A stretch of 63,409 bases of DNA, filler included, from Intoshia linei (Eukaryota; Animalia; Orthonectida), in NCBI GenBank assembly GCA_001642005.1. It is 4 parts of 4 records of this genome, joined end to end, with 100 filler letters (N's around TTAATTAATTAA, not from the genome) between each part and the next. Parts side by side here need not be neighbours in the genome. Positions count along the whole stretch, not along the records: positions 12,161 to 42,676 come from LWCA01000363.1; 3 more parts are not named here. One strand, 5' to 3'. The notes under the pieces are model-generated. The model had not been told where the DNA came from. It saw only the letters and a list, made by a program, of their open reading frames with translations, and ran no database searches. Made by a program: the position numbers and the translations under genes. Shown piece after piece: positions 13,561 through 27,100 of this stretch (the stretch's first letter is position 1; each line of letters opens with the position of its first letter).

Positions 13561-14339
13561 TTGTGGGATTTTTAAAATGGTAAATTTTAAATATTATAAT
13601 ATAATTATATTTTCATAGTAATAACAAACATAATTCAAAAACAATTATATCTCAATTTTTTTCGGGAAATCGTTAAAATACTGGGAATTTTGTCCCGATT
13701 TTTTCCCACCACAATCACTAACTGAAAGTTGTCGAAAAAAATAAAACTCTCAATACCTTTGATTCGAAATTTTTTGAATCAAAAATATTACAAAACCATT
13801 GTATAGCTAATGTTTTGCTAGTTCTTTCAAAATATATTGAAAAACATTTAGAGTAAATATAATATACGACAATATAAGTATCAAAATATTTTTGATACAT
13901 TTTTCACCGCATTTGCTATATGCAAAAATTAAATAATTATTTACATAAATTTATATAATGTTAATATAAATTTAATCTAATATAATTAATTATAATTTAA
14001 ATTTAATTTTTTAGATTAGAAAATTTGAAAATGTAAATATGAACATTTTATTTATTAGGTTAATGTATTAGATTCATGTAAATAAAATTATATAATAACT
14101 AATTGACTGTTATGCAGGGCCGTGGAGAGCCAGCAATAGGCCCGGGTCAGATGAAAATTGTAGGCCCCTATAAAAATTTTTAAAAAAATGGAACATGGAA
14201 CACTATACATGGCTTAAGAGATAGTTCATTATTTAAAAATTAAAAATAACCGTTGGAAATCGCATTGGTGATCATTAAGATAAAAACAGTAAATATGTAA
14301 AATGTTAATATACACTACGTAATTATTTATTATACATTA

Positions 14340-16152
14340 CTAGGTTGACTCTTATGTACTACGTACAAACAGGACCTAGCTCTGCGAGGGTACATTTTTA
14401 TTATACTTAAAAAATTAATTCACGTTGAAAATCTAACTTAAAAATCGTACTATTCACTAGTATAAACCCTTTAAAGGAGTGGTTCCCAAACTTGTTTCAG
14501 GTGGAACCGTCATATCATGTTACTTTTTATTTTAAAGTGAATTATTCCATCTTATTTTTTTGTTTATTAACATTTGCGTAAAGAATTTTAAAAACGATTT
14601 TACATATTTTTTTAATTATTTAGACAGAATATGTGTATAATATTAAAAATAAAGTAAAAACAGTCCAATCCTAAAAATGGTCATAAATAGCATAAATTCC
14701 AAAAAAATAAAATTATAAAAACCTATTTTGTCATTTTGAGTGTGATGATTAGGGCGGCCAAAAGTTAATTTTTGTTATGTTTATCGTCATGAAATTACAA
14801 GCATGATGATATTAATATTATTCATATTAATTAGCTAATTAAAATTTAATAAACTTACAAAAGTTACATTTTTATATAAAAGTTAATAAAGTTACATAGT
14901 GGAACAAGTGATTTTAAGGTACATTTTTTTAAAATATAAATACAGTAGACGCTATTCATAACAACATTTTTTTGGTGTTGTAATGGAAAATGTAAACGTT
15001 AATATTATGATTCCTATTATTATATTTTAAATTTTAATATTATGGTACTTTTAATATTATAAATGAATCATTGTTTTGGACAAGACACAAAAATTATAAC
15101 ATTACAAGATAATGTAATAAATTTAATTTTATTTTAATATGTATTTATTGTATGGTTATATCAAAAATTATTTACATTCACTTGCGATTTAACAAGTCAT
15201 TTTAATTTTATATTATTTATATGACATAGATTGATATAGTATTATTATTAGAATGACAAAATTTCCTAAAAGTCGATCTGAAAACATCAATTTGAAAAAA
15301 AATATATTCCAAAATAGAAATTTACATTTGTCAATTTGAAGTTTATATTTTTGTAATTAGAAAATTTTTATAGGTTAATAANTTTTATATTATTTATATG
15401 ACAGATTGATATAATATTATTTTAAAATGTCAAAATTTCCTAAAAGTCGATCTGAAAAGATATCAATTTAAAAAAAATCATATATTGCAAAATAGAAATT
15501 TACATTTGTCAATTTGAAGTTTATATTTTTGTAATTAGAAAATTTTTATAGGTTAATAAAGTTACATAATTTTTTTTATAAATTACAATTTTTTTATTTT
15601 ATAGGTTAAAAAAACCCGCCCTAGTGATGATATATATTCAGTACCAATTTGATAAGTTAATAAATACTTAAAAATAACAATTATGTATCAATAATTAACC
15701 GAATCTTTACTTTATAAACATATTTTAGTCGAATTTTACCAAAATTTCAAATAATAATAAATATAAAAATAATATTAACAAAGTTGTTTTAGTTTCGTTG
15801 TTTTTTGAAATTCTAGGGCTGTTTTCATTAAAAAAAGAAGGGTAATTTGTGGTTTTGGCACTGAAGATATAATTTTTTTAAATTTAAATTTATGATAATG
15901 TTTATGATTTTAAAATCCGTATCAGCGTATACATTTTTTTAAATTTTCCAACTTGTTTGATTTTAAAAAAAAAGGACCATTGGGTTTTTGACCCGTAAGA
16001 TGTAAATTGTGGAGATTGAAATTAAGTTTGCGAACACCCCAGAAAAAACTGTAATTGAAATGTGGACTTGATAAAATTCTAAAACGGGTAGTTATTTAAA
16101 TATAGCTGAACACACATACACACTATAATTATAAATATAATTATATAAGCTA
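14340..16152 (-). mobile_element. Helitron copy nested in the hAT MITE
   Basis: CTAG end at 14340 followed by the family hairpin; body matches other copies. Confidence 0.8.
14750..15623. mobile_element. hAT-type MITE (TAGGG ends) with internal ~170-bp tandem duplication
   Basis: TAGGGCGG...CCGCCCTA with perfect TSD GTGATGAT; duplicated block at ~15207-15380 and ~15383-15558. Confidence 0.85.
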
Positions 16153-16419
16153 TTTACACAGCACTAATTTTAATGTTAATGGAACATTTTATTATACGAT
16201 AATTTTCCAACATTACCTATTAATAAATTTAAAAAGTAGACCCCCTATGATTGTAGGCCCGGGCCATGTGGCCCCTAGCCCCCCTCTCCACAGTCCTGCT
16301 GTTATGTACTACGTACAAATAGCATATAGCTCTGTCAAGGGCACATTTTTATTCTACCTAAAAATAAATAAATATGACACACGTGTCACTAGTGACACTC
16401 ACGGCACCCCTGACAATTG

Positions 16420-16918
16420 TTAAAAAGTTGTATTAATTGCAGTACTAATAGCAATGTGCAGATAATACGATAATACGTTCTGAGAGCATTTATTAACGGA
16501 AAAGTATCTAAAAATAAAAAATGTGCTTTTTATATAACAGCCTGCTATGGATGAACCTACCTGTATGAATCTGCATTTTCTCAATGAAGATCATAAAATC
16601 CAAATACAGGTCCACCATGACAGATTATCATTTACTGGCCTGCCTGAGGCTTGCAACAACACTTATGAGAAACTAGTTGAATCCACCCAGTCCAGGAGTG
16701 CTATTAAGATAAAAAAAAATGTATTTTAAGTAAAATGCAAATTTTTGTATTCGCATCATTAATTAAGTTGTATGTGAAACTGAATAATAAAAATATTCGC
16801 AAAACCATAGGATTGTTATTTTATTTTTCGTTCACGGTCGTTTCTCCAGGCTGGTAGATCTTCATAATTTTGAAAATTTAAAAGTAGATATAATGTCAAT
16901 AAAGGTTGGGAACCCTTG
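16420..16918 (+). mobile_element. hAT (Charlie/GTF2IRD2-EPM2AIP1-like) transposase C-terminal relic
   Basis: Frameshifted TYLYESAFS / MKIIKSKYRSTMTDYHLLACLRLATT (hAT dimerisation domain); end GGTTGGGAACCCTTG. Confidence 0.75.
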
Positions 16919-17239
16919 TCGTAAACAATGCTTGTTACCGTAATTTCTTCAAAATATTAATTAATTGGTTATTTTATTTTATGAGTGCATTATAGAGTTT
17001 TTTAATATCTATGCACTATGCGAACTAAAATTATCTATCTGAAACATGATCCCAATTTGGGATCTATACAAAAGAAAAATAAATTTAGTTAAATTTCGGA
17101 ATATAATATAATGAAACTTAAATTACAAAATGATACCTTAAAATATTATACAAACAAATATAGTTATATCGTAGGTAATTATACACTATATTATACTATA
17201 CACTGAACTGATATATGTACTATTTGATCAGTAGAAAGA

Positions 17240-17930
17240 ATGTGGAAACTAATAATTCATGTTTACTATAAGAGAATTTAAATTTGGTTTTAATATGAAA
17301 AATTTTTTTTTGTTTTTAGGTATATTGTTCAATGCAAACGCCCGTCAAATTTCAAATCCTTTGAAAGAAGTAGCATTTGAAAATGTGAAAGAAAATTCTA
17401 CAATACTGAAATTGAATAATGCATTTGTCGTGAATTATGATAATGATATGGCAGTATCTGAAAAACAAATTTAAAATGTTAGGATCATATAAAATATCAG
17501 AAGCAAGATATATATTGAGTATATATAGTGTATTCCACATTGTTTTATCAAAAATTTTGAATATAATATTGCAAATATTAACCATCTTATAATATTCAAT
17601 AATACTACAGAAAAAAATGTGTGTATAATTGAAAATACAGATTTAAAAATTAAAAGAAGTAAAAAAAAACCAATGTTTAAATCTAGATTATATTTGTTCA
17701 CTGAACTATTATAGAGATGCAAGTCATTTATGTGTTGGTGGTAGTTCTCTCAATCTAACCAAGAAATAATTATGCTTTAATGGAAAAATGCAAAAAATTA
17801 ATTTGGCTGGCTACAAACCAATATTCTCTCCCAGTTACTACGAAACATATTGCTGGCCAAATTATTTTAATGTTGAGTCCAACATTACTTGTGATGATAT
17901 TAAGATAACATCAAAAGATTCTTTCTAGAT
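17240..17930 (+). pseudogene. Possible spliced gene or pseudogene, unknown product
   Basis: Coding-like blocks (NARQISNPLKEVAFENV...; GYKPIFSPSYYETYCWPNYFNV) with short AT-rich gaps but in-frame stops. Confidence 0.25.
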
Positions 17931-18071
17931 CGAATGATTTTATGACTAATTCGTGTACTTTAAATGTATAATATTGTCACAATATTAAGCAATAAATATA
18001 TTTTGTAGTATTTTACTCATATTCAAATCAACACCGTTACCCAAAATATACAATAACAATTTGTAATTTAA

Positions 18072-18285
18072 CCCTTTCACTGTCTATGTATTCTATACTC
18101 TACACAGCAATTTCACTTCACACGTCTATGTATTCTATGATATACACAGCATAATTTTGAAAAACTTTATTCTTTTATTTTCATACATTTTCACATAGGT
18201 AATTTAAAAATAATACAAGTTTAAATTAAAAAAAACTCCAGACGTGTGGTGATAGTACATAAAATTGCATTAGACAGTGAAAGGG
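18072..18285. mobile_element. piggyBac-type MITE
   Basis: TTAA|CCCTTTCACTGTCTA ... TAGACAGTGAAAGGG|TTAA; second left end near 59073. Confidence 0.9.
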
Positions 18286-19346
18286 TTAAAATGATATTTC
18301 GTTTTGAATCACAAAAAATAGTAGTATAGGAATGTAAAACATTTTTCAAGTTGTAAAAAGTATGGCGACTTAAAAACAGATTAAATATGGATGAAATTAT
18401 AAAATGATATAATATTCTATAACATGGTCCACAATCCTGATATATACACAATATGTGTCACACATATACCAGGTTTGTCTTTTTTAAAAAATTACACCCT
18501 ACCTTTAATCAAATGGTTTAATCGTATAATTTTGTTTATTTTAGTCGTACTAAATTTAAATCGTGTGATGTTTAAGTTTCTAAAACTGAGATTTACGCAG
18601 ATGGCAACGATTTTCAAAGGCGTTCCAGAATATATTCTTTTTTAAATTTTACGGCTGATTTTATTTTTAATTTTAATACATATCGAATCTTACACAAGTT
18701 TGCATTGGCAATATTTGTATAAAATATAACTCAAATTCAGTTTGATAATAAACATCAATTTAGCGAATAATATAATAGTGGCATCTTAAGAGCGTTACAT
18801 TTGCGTTTTTTTCAAAAATTCAGACTTTCATGTCTCTGTCCTCTATTATTCTATCTTATATTAGACCAATGATTCAAAAGTGGTCGATATGGTCTCTGGG
18901 GCAGTGAGAATGTCTAGTGGCGATTGAAAAAAAGTGAACGATATCTGAGAATTATTACATTTATTTTATTTTAGATTTAACGTTTACTTATAATGTAAAT
19001 TAAATAAACAAGTTAGTTATTAAGTTTAATTTACATCATTAATCAGTAATTTAATTGATTTAATTTACGTTACATAATTGTTATTTAATTATGTTATTAT
19101 AAATTGTATTTTAATCTGATAAAAGGAATACAATTCTTTTGGGGGGTCCGACAGAATATATGGTCGAAGAGTGGACGGTATAAACAATACGTTTGGGAAC
19201 CATCAATATATGTAATGGACTCCTAATTCGTTAAGTGTTGTAACCCGTATATCAGTATTTTCAAAAGTGAGCATTATATCAATTTTGATCCACTTTTGTT
19301 TGTTTTTATATCAAAATTTTTAATATTTATTACAGATTTTCTAGAT

Positions 19347-19665
19347 CAGTGGTTCTCAATGATGAGCTAAGTGGCTCCCAGAGATGGAAATTTTGATAGG
19401 GGATGAAATTTGGAAAAAGAGGCAATTAATTGATTAATTGTGTTGTGATATCTATTATTATCGAAATATAGATTCATAAACAAGTAAAAAATTTAACCTT
19501 CAAATAGAATTAGTGACTGTAATATGGATAATTTACAGATATGCACAAAATTACCACATATAATGTAAGTTAAAATTTGGTCATAAATCAATTAATGATT
19601 TGGGAAAGGAATTTATAAAAAATCGAAACAGAGGAAGAATTATAATAAAAGATTGAGAACCACTG
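19347..19665. mobile_element. hAT (Buster/Charlie-type) MITE
   Basis: TIR CAGTGGTTCTCAAT / ATTGAGAACCACTG; perfect TSD TTCTAGAT. Confidence 0.92.
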
Positions 19666-20349
19666 TTCTAGATCTTGATTAAACCCAAACCTAGACGACC
19701 GCTATATTATTAATTCAAAAATCCCCCTTTTATCCTACGGTTAATAAAATGTAATCAAAATACCACTTCAAGCCCTCAAGGAAAAATTGGATTTTACCGG
19801 TATTTTTTTGAAAAATCGGATTTTACGAAACCTTATGAAAAAAATCTAAATAATCAAACCACCAAAATAAAAAATACTCTTTTTCCAATATTAATTTGAA
19901 AAATCCGATTTTACTAAATCCTACAATGAAAAACGTTAAATTTTTTGTTTTATATTTCATGTCTCCCTTGAGGTTCAAAAAAATAAATATTTTTAAATAT
20001 GGTCCGTACACTATTTGAACCGGGAACCACTACATTAAAACAATGAAAAAATTTTGATTTTCATTCCCCTTGGCCTATATTTGCTGATCATTGTATTTCA
20101 TATAATTAATAATAAACCATTATGATCATCATTAATCAAGAAGAAAATAAAAGTTTTTACTTATTTAAAGTTTTTAATTTGAACCGAAAAAGCTTTAGTA
20201 TATTTATGATACTAGTTATTTTTAAGTTAAAATTTAACGGAATTTTTTACTTGAGAAAAATTAATTCTGTTAATCAGGAATTATTTTCCGTTAAATAGGA
20301 ATTAGCCTGTATGAAAAATTCATTCATATGTATACTTTTAAATGGGACA

Positions 20350-21140
20350 TCCTTACTAATATAATATGCTACGCGATTTTTGTTTGTGTGTTCCACTTTA
20401 TTTAAATAACTATTCGTCTTAGAATATTTTAAAATCCACATTTCAATTACAGTTTTTTCCGGGGTGTTCGCAAAATAAATTTTAACCTCCCAAATTCACA
20501 TCTTACGGGCCAAAAATACCAATTATCCTTTTTTTGAAAATCAAACAAGTTGGAAAATTTAAAAAAATTATATCTTCAGGGCCAAAACCCAAATTACCTT
20601 TCGTTTTTTAATGAAAACAGCCCTAGAATTTCAAAAAATTTACAGGTAGTACAGTTGTATCCTGTTAACACACACAAAAAATTTCAATCCGAATAAGTGA
20701 CGACCTTCACGGTAAAAAAAGCATTTACTATTCATATTTTTTTTTTCGAAATATTTTATTAAAAAAAAAAATAAAACATGTTTATAAAGTGAAGATTCGG
20801 TTAATTATTAATACATAATTGGTATTTTTAAGTATTTATTAAATTGATACTAAATATATATATATTATCACATTAAAAATGACAAAATAGATTTTTATAA
20901 TTTTACTAGGTTGACTGTTATGTACTACGTACAAAATACACCTAGCTCTGCCGAGGGCATATTTTTATTATACTAAAAAAATAAATTCACGTTGAAAATC
21001 TAACTTAAAAATGCTATTATTCACTATTATCAATCCTTTAAAGCAGTTGTTCCCAAAGTTGTTTCAAGTGAAACCATCATATCACATTACTTTTTACTTT
21101 AAAGTGAACTATTCCATCTTAATTTTCTTTGTTAACATTT
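20350..21140. mobile_element. Two abutting Helitron pieces: plus copy 20350-20905 and minus 3' end 20906-21140
   Basis: A|TCCTTACTAATATAATATGCTACGCG 5' end; CTAGGTTGACTGTTATGTACTACGTAC terminal signature at 20906. Confidence 0.85.
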
Positions 21141-21195
21141 TTGCAAAACTTTGAAATGTAAATATCAACATTTTATTTTATACAATATTAAAAGT

Positions 21196-24100
21196 TCATG
21201 TTAATAACACAATAACCATTAATAAAAAACTAATTTTTTTGGTAAAGCCACAATTGAATTGAAGTGGTGGTCTCCAATATCGAAGTCTATTTGATTTAGA
21301 ATTTGATTGAAAATTATTCCTTATTCTAGTTTTTTGATTTTGATATTGATTTGGATATTTGTTGATTTGGTTTTGATAATACAATTCAAAAGGATTGACA
21401 AGAGTTTTTTGGGTACGTGGAGGTTTTTGAGTGGTAATTTTTTTCCTTTCAAGATTTTTATAATTGAGCCCCTTCTTATGCATTTGAATAATTTTTTCTA
21501 TATATTCAATTTGATTAAGCGGTTTTATTGGTAAAATTATGGGTTTTTTGGTAGTTGGTAATGGTATAGGTTTTGATTTTGGTTTCTGTATATTAGGTTT
21601 TATTTTACTTTTCTTTAAATCAGTAACATTACCCAAATTGATTCGAAGAGCATCTTGAACTGAAAAAACTGATAAACTTTCATCTACTACATTTTTAATA
21701 TGAATAGTCAATTTCATATTATAATTTAGACAAGCTCCGCCATCGAGATTGTCTAACCCGTCAATATATCCAGACGAAGTAGTAAGAAAATAATAATTCT
21801 AAATATAATTAATTACAATAATCAAATTGATTATAAATTATTACATTAATTTTTGATTTAAGCAATAATGCGTAAAAATTTAACAAAACTGCCTGAGGCA
21901 TATAAAAGTTAAAGGTTAAATTCCAAACAAATTTATAATTTATGTTTGTCGGAAAATAGTAGAATGGCAATAAATTTTTATGGAAATTTATATTTCTATA
22001 ATGTATATTATACATTTTATATGTACTATTCCGATAATAATTTTTAATTTAAAAACTAAAATACCTCTCCGACATGAAAATTGATTTTTGAATTAATTGG
22101 ATTGTTATTTTCAAAAAAAAATGTATATGGTGTTTTGCTATTTTCATCACATTTGCATTTACGAATTAATTTGGAAAATTCAAGTCTTTTGCAATTGTAA
22201 AATTCATCCGGAGTCACCTAAAATTTGAATTAAAAAATACATTTAATATTAGTCGTCATTATAATTGAGTACTACAATTAACGTAATTGTAGTAATTATT
22301 GACAAACAACTTTGAAACTGAGAAAGGTTTTAAAATATTTTTAATGATAGACTAATTTTTAAAGTAAAAATAAAAGTAAAACGTATCATGTGGGAAATCA
22401 TTGAAGCAATTTAAATTTAATTAGATAAAAATCGATTTTTATATATTCCATTTGTGCATAACACGGGTGAAATTGCTAAATGCATTAAAATTTCTGCATA
22501 ATGGATTAGACGGCTGATATGAATTTAATATTCATTTAAATTTTTTTCATTTTTTAATTCAAAATTCAAATAAATATTATACAAGGGTCAACAATTTGTA
22601 AACACATGGTCGAATAAATGACACAAAATTAACTTTACATTTCATGTGAATATTTTTATAAGTGGACTGTTTTTTATTTTAAAAAAAATTATTAATAAAT
22701 AAATGAAATCTTTCAAATTTAATTAATTGTCCATTTCTGCATTGTAAACGTCTAAAATTGTCAAAATATTAAAAGCATGAAAAGCATACAAAACTCATTA
22801 GTAAACAAAGCAAATGTGTTATAATATCAGTCAGTTTGATTATCTGTGATAAGAGAAGAGTCCATGGGATTACTTGACAATACATTACACATCAACATTA
22901 AACATAATCACGCACATAATAAAATGTAATTAGTTTCATTAATTAATCAAATAAACAAAATTTAAAAAAATCAAAGCATTAGCTGATAAAATGCGTTTCG
23001 ATAGGGTAGAAGAAAATTTCTGTGACTTAAATATTAATGTTAAAAGGTTGACACACAAAAATAATGTTTAAATTTGTATTTTTTAAATTTTCAAGATTCT
23101 TATATTTTTAAATAAATTGTAACACACAAACATTTAATTTTACACGGTAAACAAAGAATAAAGAATATGAAAAATCTCATTGAAAATTCAATAAATTTAT
23201 CAATTTTTAAATTAAAATAAAGGGAGTAATGAAAATTTGACATGACATGTAATTATCAATGAAATTATTCACGCCGCGTAAATAAAATGGATAAAAATTT
23301 ACGGCTCAATTATTGTAATCATGTTATCAAAGTTAACATTTAAAGTGGTATTATGTTTCAAAACAATTCCAACAATCGTACTACATTCTATATATTATAT
23401 AAAATCTCAATTCGGGTAATGTACTACGCACCATTGACATTCATCTGATAAAAAAATTCTGATAAAATGTATTAATGAAAATAATAAAAACTCTGTTGGT
23501 GAAACCACAGGAAACTTTCAATGACATAAATACACTTTAAAAATAAATTTAGATAATGAAAAATAATATACATTATGTGTCACATTAAAATATTATCAAC
23601 TTGTATAAAATTAACGGAAACAAATTTTCCCGTTTAATTTCCACATTAAATGACGCTAAATAACGTTAAATAGCATGATGGGATTAATTCCAATTAATTT
23701 TAATACAAAGTCAAATCATAACAATGACAATTGAAATTAAAATCTATATTCTAGATTAAACAATAAATGTCCCAATATTCCAGTTTATTAATGTAATCAG
23801 ATTATAATTTGACACGACAAATTTGTTTTTAAAATTAATCCACAATAAAATTCGTTAATTTGCCAAATTTACACAAATGATGCCTTGTATCCGTAATTCA
23901 GAATCTCACTTAATGTGAATTCAATTTTAGATTATGGGTTGACGACTTTTTAATTTAATCTTTAATTGATGTATTTAAACTGATTCCGATACAATATGAT
24001 GAAATAAATTGCATCTGCTATTATAATAGAAGAATACAAAGTATAAACAAAAATTTATAGATATAATATACAAAGCTGAATAAGCACTAAGTTTATTCAA

Positions 24101-27100
24101 ATTTAACCCAACAGGGCCACTTTTTTCCATCTAGATTTTTCAGACCATTTTTTTACTCTGCAGAAATTTTATCATTATTATTTTAGCAAAAAAGTTGACA
24201 ATCAAAATAATATCAAATTAAATTTAACATGCAATATTCTCTCTCTCTACAGTAGTATGTACAATTTGTGTAGTTCGTCAATACTGATTTAGATGAGTTT
24301 AGAGAAACAAACAATAACCTTATAAACCAGTAGTTTTCAACCTTTTTGTGTTCGCGACCCCCCTTATAAACATAAAAAATTTTCGCGACCCAAAAATTTT
24401 CTATATACTCCAAACATCTTATCAATTAACAAATTAAAATATTAAAAAACCATATTCAGTTTTATTTATATTTTATACTGTGTTCAAATTCTCACGACCC
24501 CCTGATATATTTCGCGACCCCCGGTTGAAAACCACTGTTATAAACCATACATTACTAATTTTATACAAAAAATTTTCTTGCCTTGGTACCCCCTGTTAAT
24601 AAAATAAACCTTTCCAAAAAATACACCAAAAATGGTTAAGAAAGGATTGGAAAACTGGAATTGTTGATTGTAGAGAATAAATAAAGTTTAAAATTAACCA
24701 TGAACCCTGGTATTGGACTAAACATTATACTTTGTAAAAAAATAAAAAATAATTTAATAATCTAGTCTGAAAACATTTTTGAAAATAATTGGTAGTTTGT
24801 AGTTTAATCATATTAAATAAATTTGAAATTTAAAATTTGACAGAAATTATAATTTTTCCACTAATGACTATATAAATAATCAATAATTTACTCAATAGTA
24901 AATGCTGACATTAGAATAATAAATAATACAAATTATCAAACTGAAAAGATTAATTAAGAGTAAGAAATACAATTTAACATTCTAGACATTAAATTACGGG
25001 AATTACTGGGTGGCTCTGTACCGTACTGACAAATAATATGTATAAAAAAATTGAACGGTTCACATTTGGATTATACTGTGGAATTCACAGTGTGATAGAG
25101 ACTGAGAATGCTTGGTTCAGATGAAACATTTTTTTAAATTTCATGTTTCACGTAATTTAAGGATAATGACCCTTGAATTACAAAAAATAAAATGCATTTG
25201 TTTTCTAATTGTCGATTGAAACATAAAATTGGAAAATAATAGTCTATCTCAAGTTACAAGATACATTTATTCTGAAAATTAAAAATTATTGACTAAAAAT
25301 AAAATGTAGTCAAAAGCAGAATGAAAATATTTTAAACCAGTGTCAAATCAAATTTACCCTGATGGACTAAAAAAATTGAACACCACTACGAAAGTTTTTA
25401 TTATAATTACAAAGTAATTTAGAATAGTAGTAATATTTACTCCTAGTCCCTCTCAACGACCCTATCCAGAGCCGTATTAAGCTACTTCGTAGCTCTGGGC
25501 TAAGCAAAGGGCTGGAGGCCCTTTATAGTTTTGACGAAGCAAAAAGCTATTTCGAGCGAAGCGATAAAAAAAATTTAGAGTCCCTTTTTAGAAGACAGGG
25601 CATACTGTTGGTTGGAGACTTAGAGTCTTATTTCATTGAGTATTAATAAAAGCATTACAAGATATTATATAGGTTTCTAGTAATTTTTATTTCTTTTACA
25701 AAAACTTACTTAATTAATGAACAAAGTTTACTTTTTCATTTGAAAATATGCACCATGCAGTCACTAAAATTCTTGACAAATGTTGTTTTCTCACTTTTTT
25801 CTGAAAGAAATCAAATATGATATTATCAAAACTGATATCATTCAAAATGTCATTCTCAATTGACATTAAAGAGAGCGCATTCAAACGAGGTTGAGCTAAA
25901 GAATTTCGAAGTTCATTCTTAATTATTTTTAGTTTAGAAAAATTTCTTTCATCTTTGCAACCATTATTAAAAAAAACATTCAAATGCAGATTTCAATATT
26001 AAGAAATAGTGATTGCAATTTATCACTTTTTATAACTTCATACATATCAAAAATTTTATGGCTTGTTTTTTCCCAATCAAAATAATGTTTTAATTGTTGA
26101 CATTCCAATTCTTAGGATATAAATGTGAAGTATTTTTTAATAAATTGGGGCCTCTTTTTAAGATATAAATGTAAAGTACTTTTATTAATTTGGGAGCCTT
26201 TTTTAATGAGTGGCCCTGGGGTACACCCCATATTTCCCATGCCTTAAAACGGCTCTGGCCCTATCCGTCACGCAACAAAATACAGTAAATTCAAATTAGT
26301 TATAGTACAGCTAAAAATTTTAAATAATAAAAATATGAGCCAACGAGTCAGATTTATAAAAATAAATCATACAAAGTTCAAAGTTTGATCCATAAATTTT
26401 AGTGAGCTATATCAGTCAATTTTTCAATTTTAAATTTGTCAATCTCATAATAAAAATAAATAATAAAACATACTAATAAATAAAATTTTAGCCATCATAA
26501 GCAACTTTTTTATCAAACGTTATCGAGATATACTGATACGGGTTCTCTGACTATAATTTCTGATTTACAATTTAATACATTGATGTATTAATATTGATAT
26601 AAATGTTAATATAATAAAAAATTTAATTTTTTTTGAGTAACGGTAGTTCTATACGTGTCTGCATTAGGCATCCACTGGCATAAATTTTAACAATTATCGA
26701 ATTTTAATTTACAGAAATGCTAATAACAATTATATTACATTTTATGAAAAAACTAACATATTATTATTACTAACAGATGCATTACATTTAAATGTATAAT
26801 AATAAAATAAATTCAATTTTGCCAAAATATCTGAAAATTTCAACGAATTTCTGCGACTTTCAACGATTCAAACCTTAATTTTCTCAATTTTAATAAAAAA
26901 GTTCACCAGTCTCAAAAGTAATTATATAATTATACAAATCTTAGTTTTTATTATCATTTATCATAGATAGTAACATATTTTTCCAAAAATATGTTGATTG
27001 ATAGCATAATTATAATTTCATGTAGTAAATGGAAAGGTTTTAAGATTATAGATTTTCATGTAAAGGTTTTGTTAAATTACAAAAAATTTAGTCAATTTAC

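Larger units (their letters stand above)
14115..16298. mobile_element. hAT-type MITE (CAGGG ends) carrying nested insertions
   Basis: CAGGGCCGTGGAGAG...CTCTCCACAGTCCTG with perfect 8-bp TSD CTGTTATG; relatives at 27660-27946 and 56522-56775. Confidence 0.85.
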
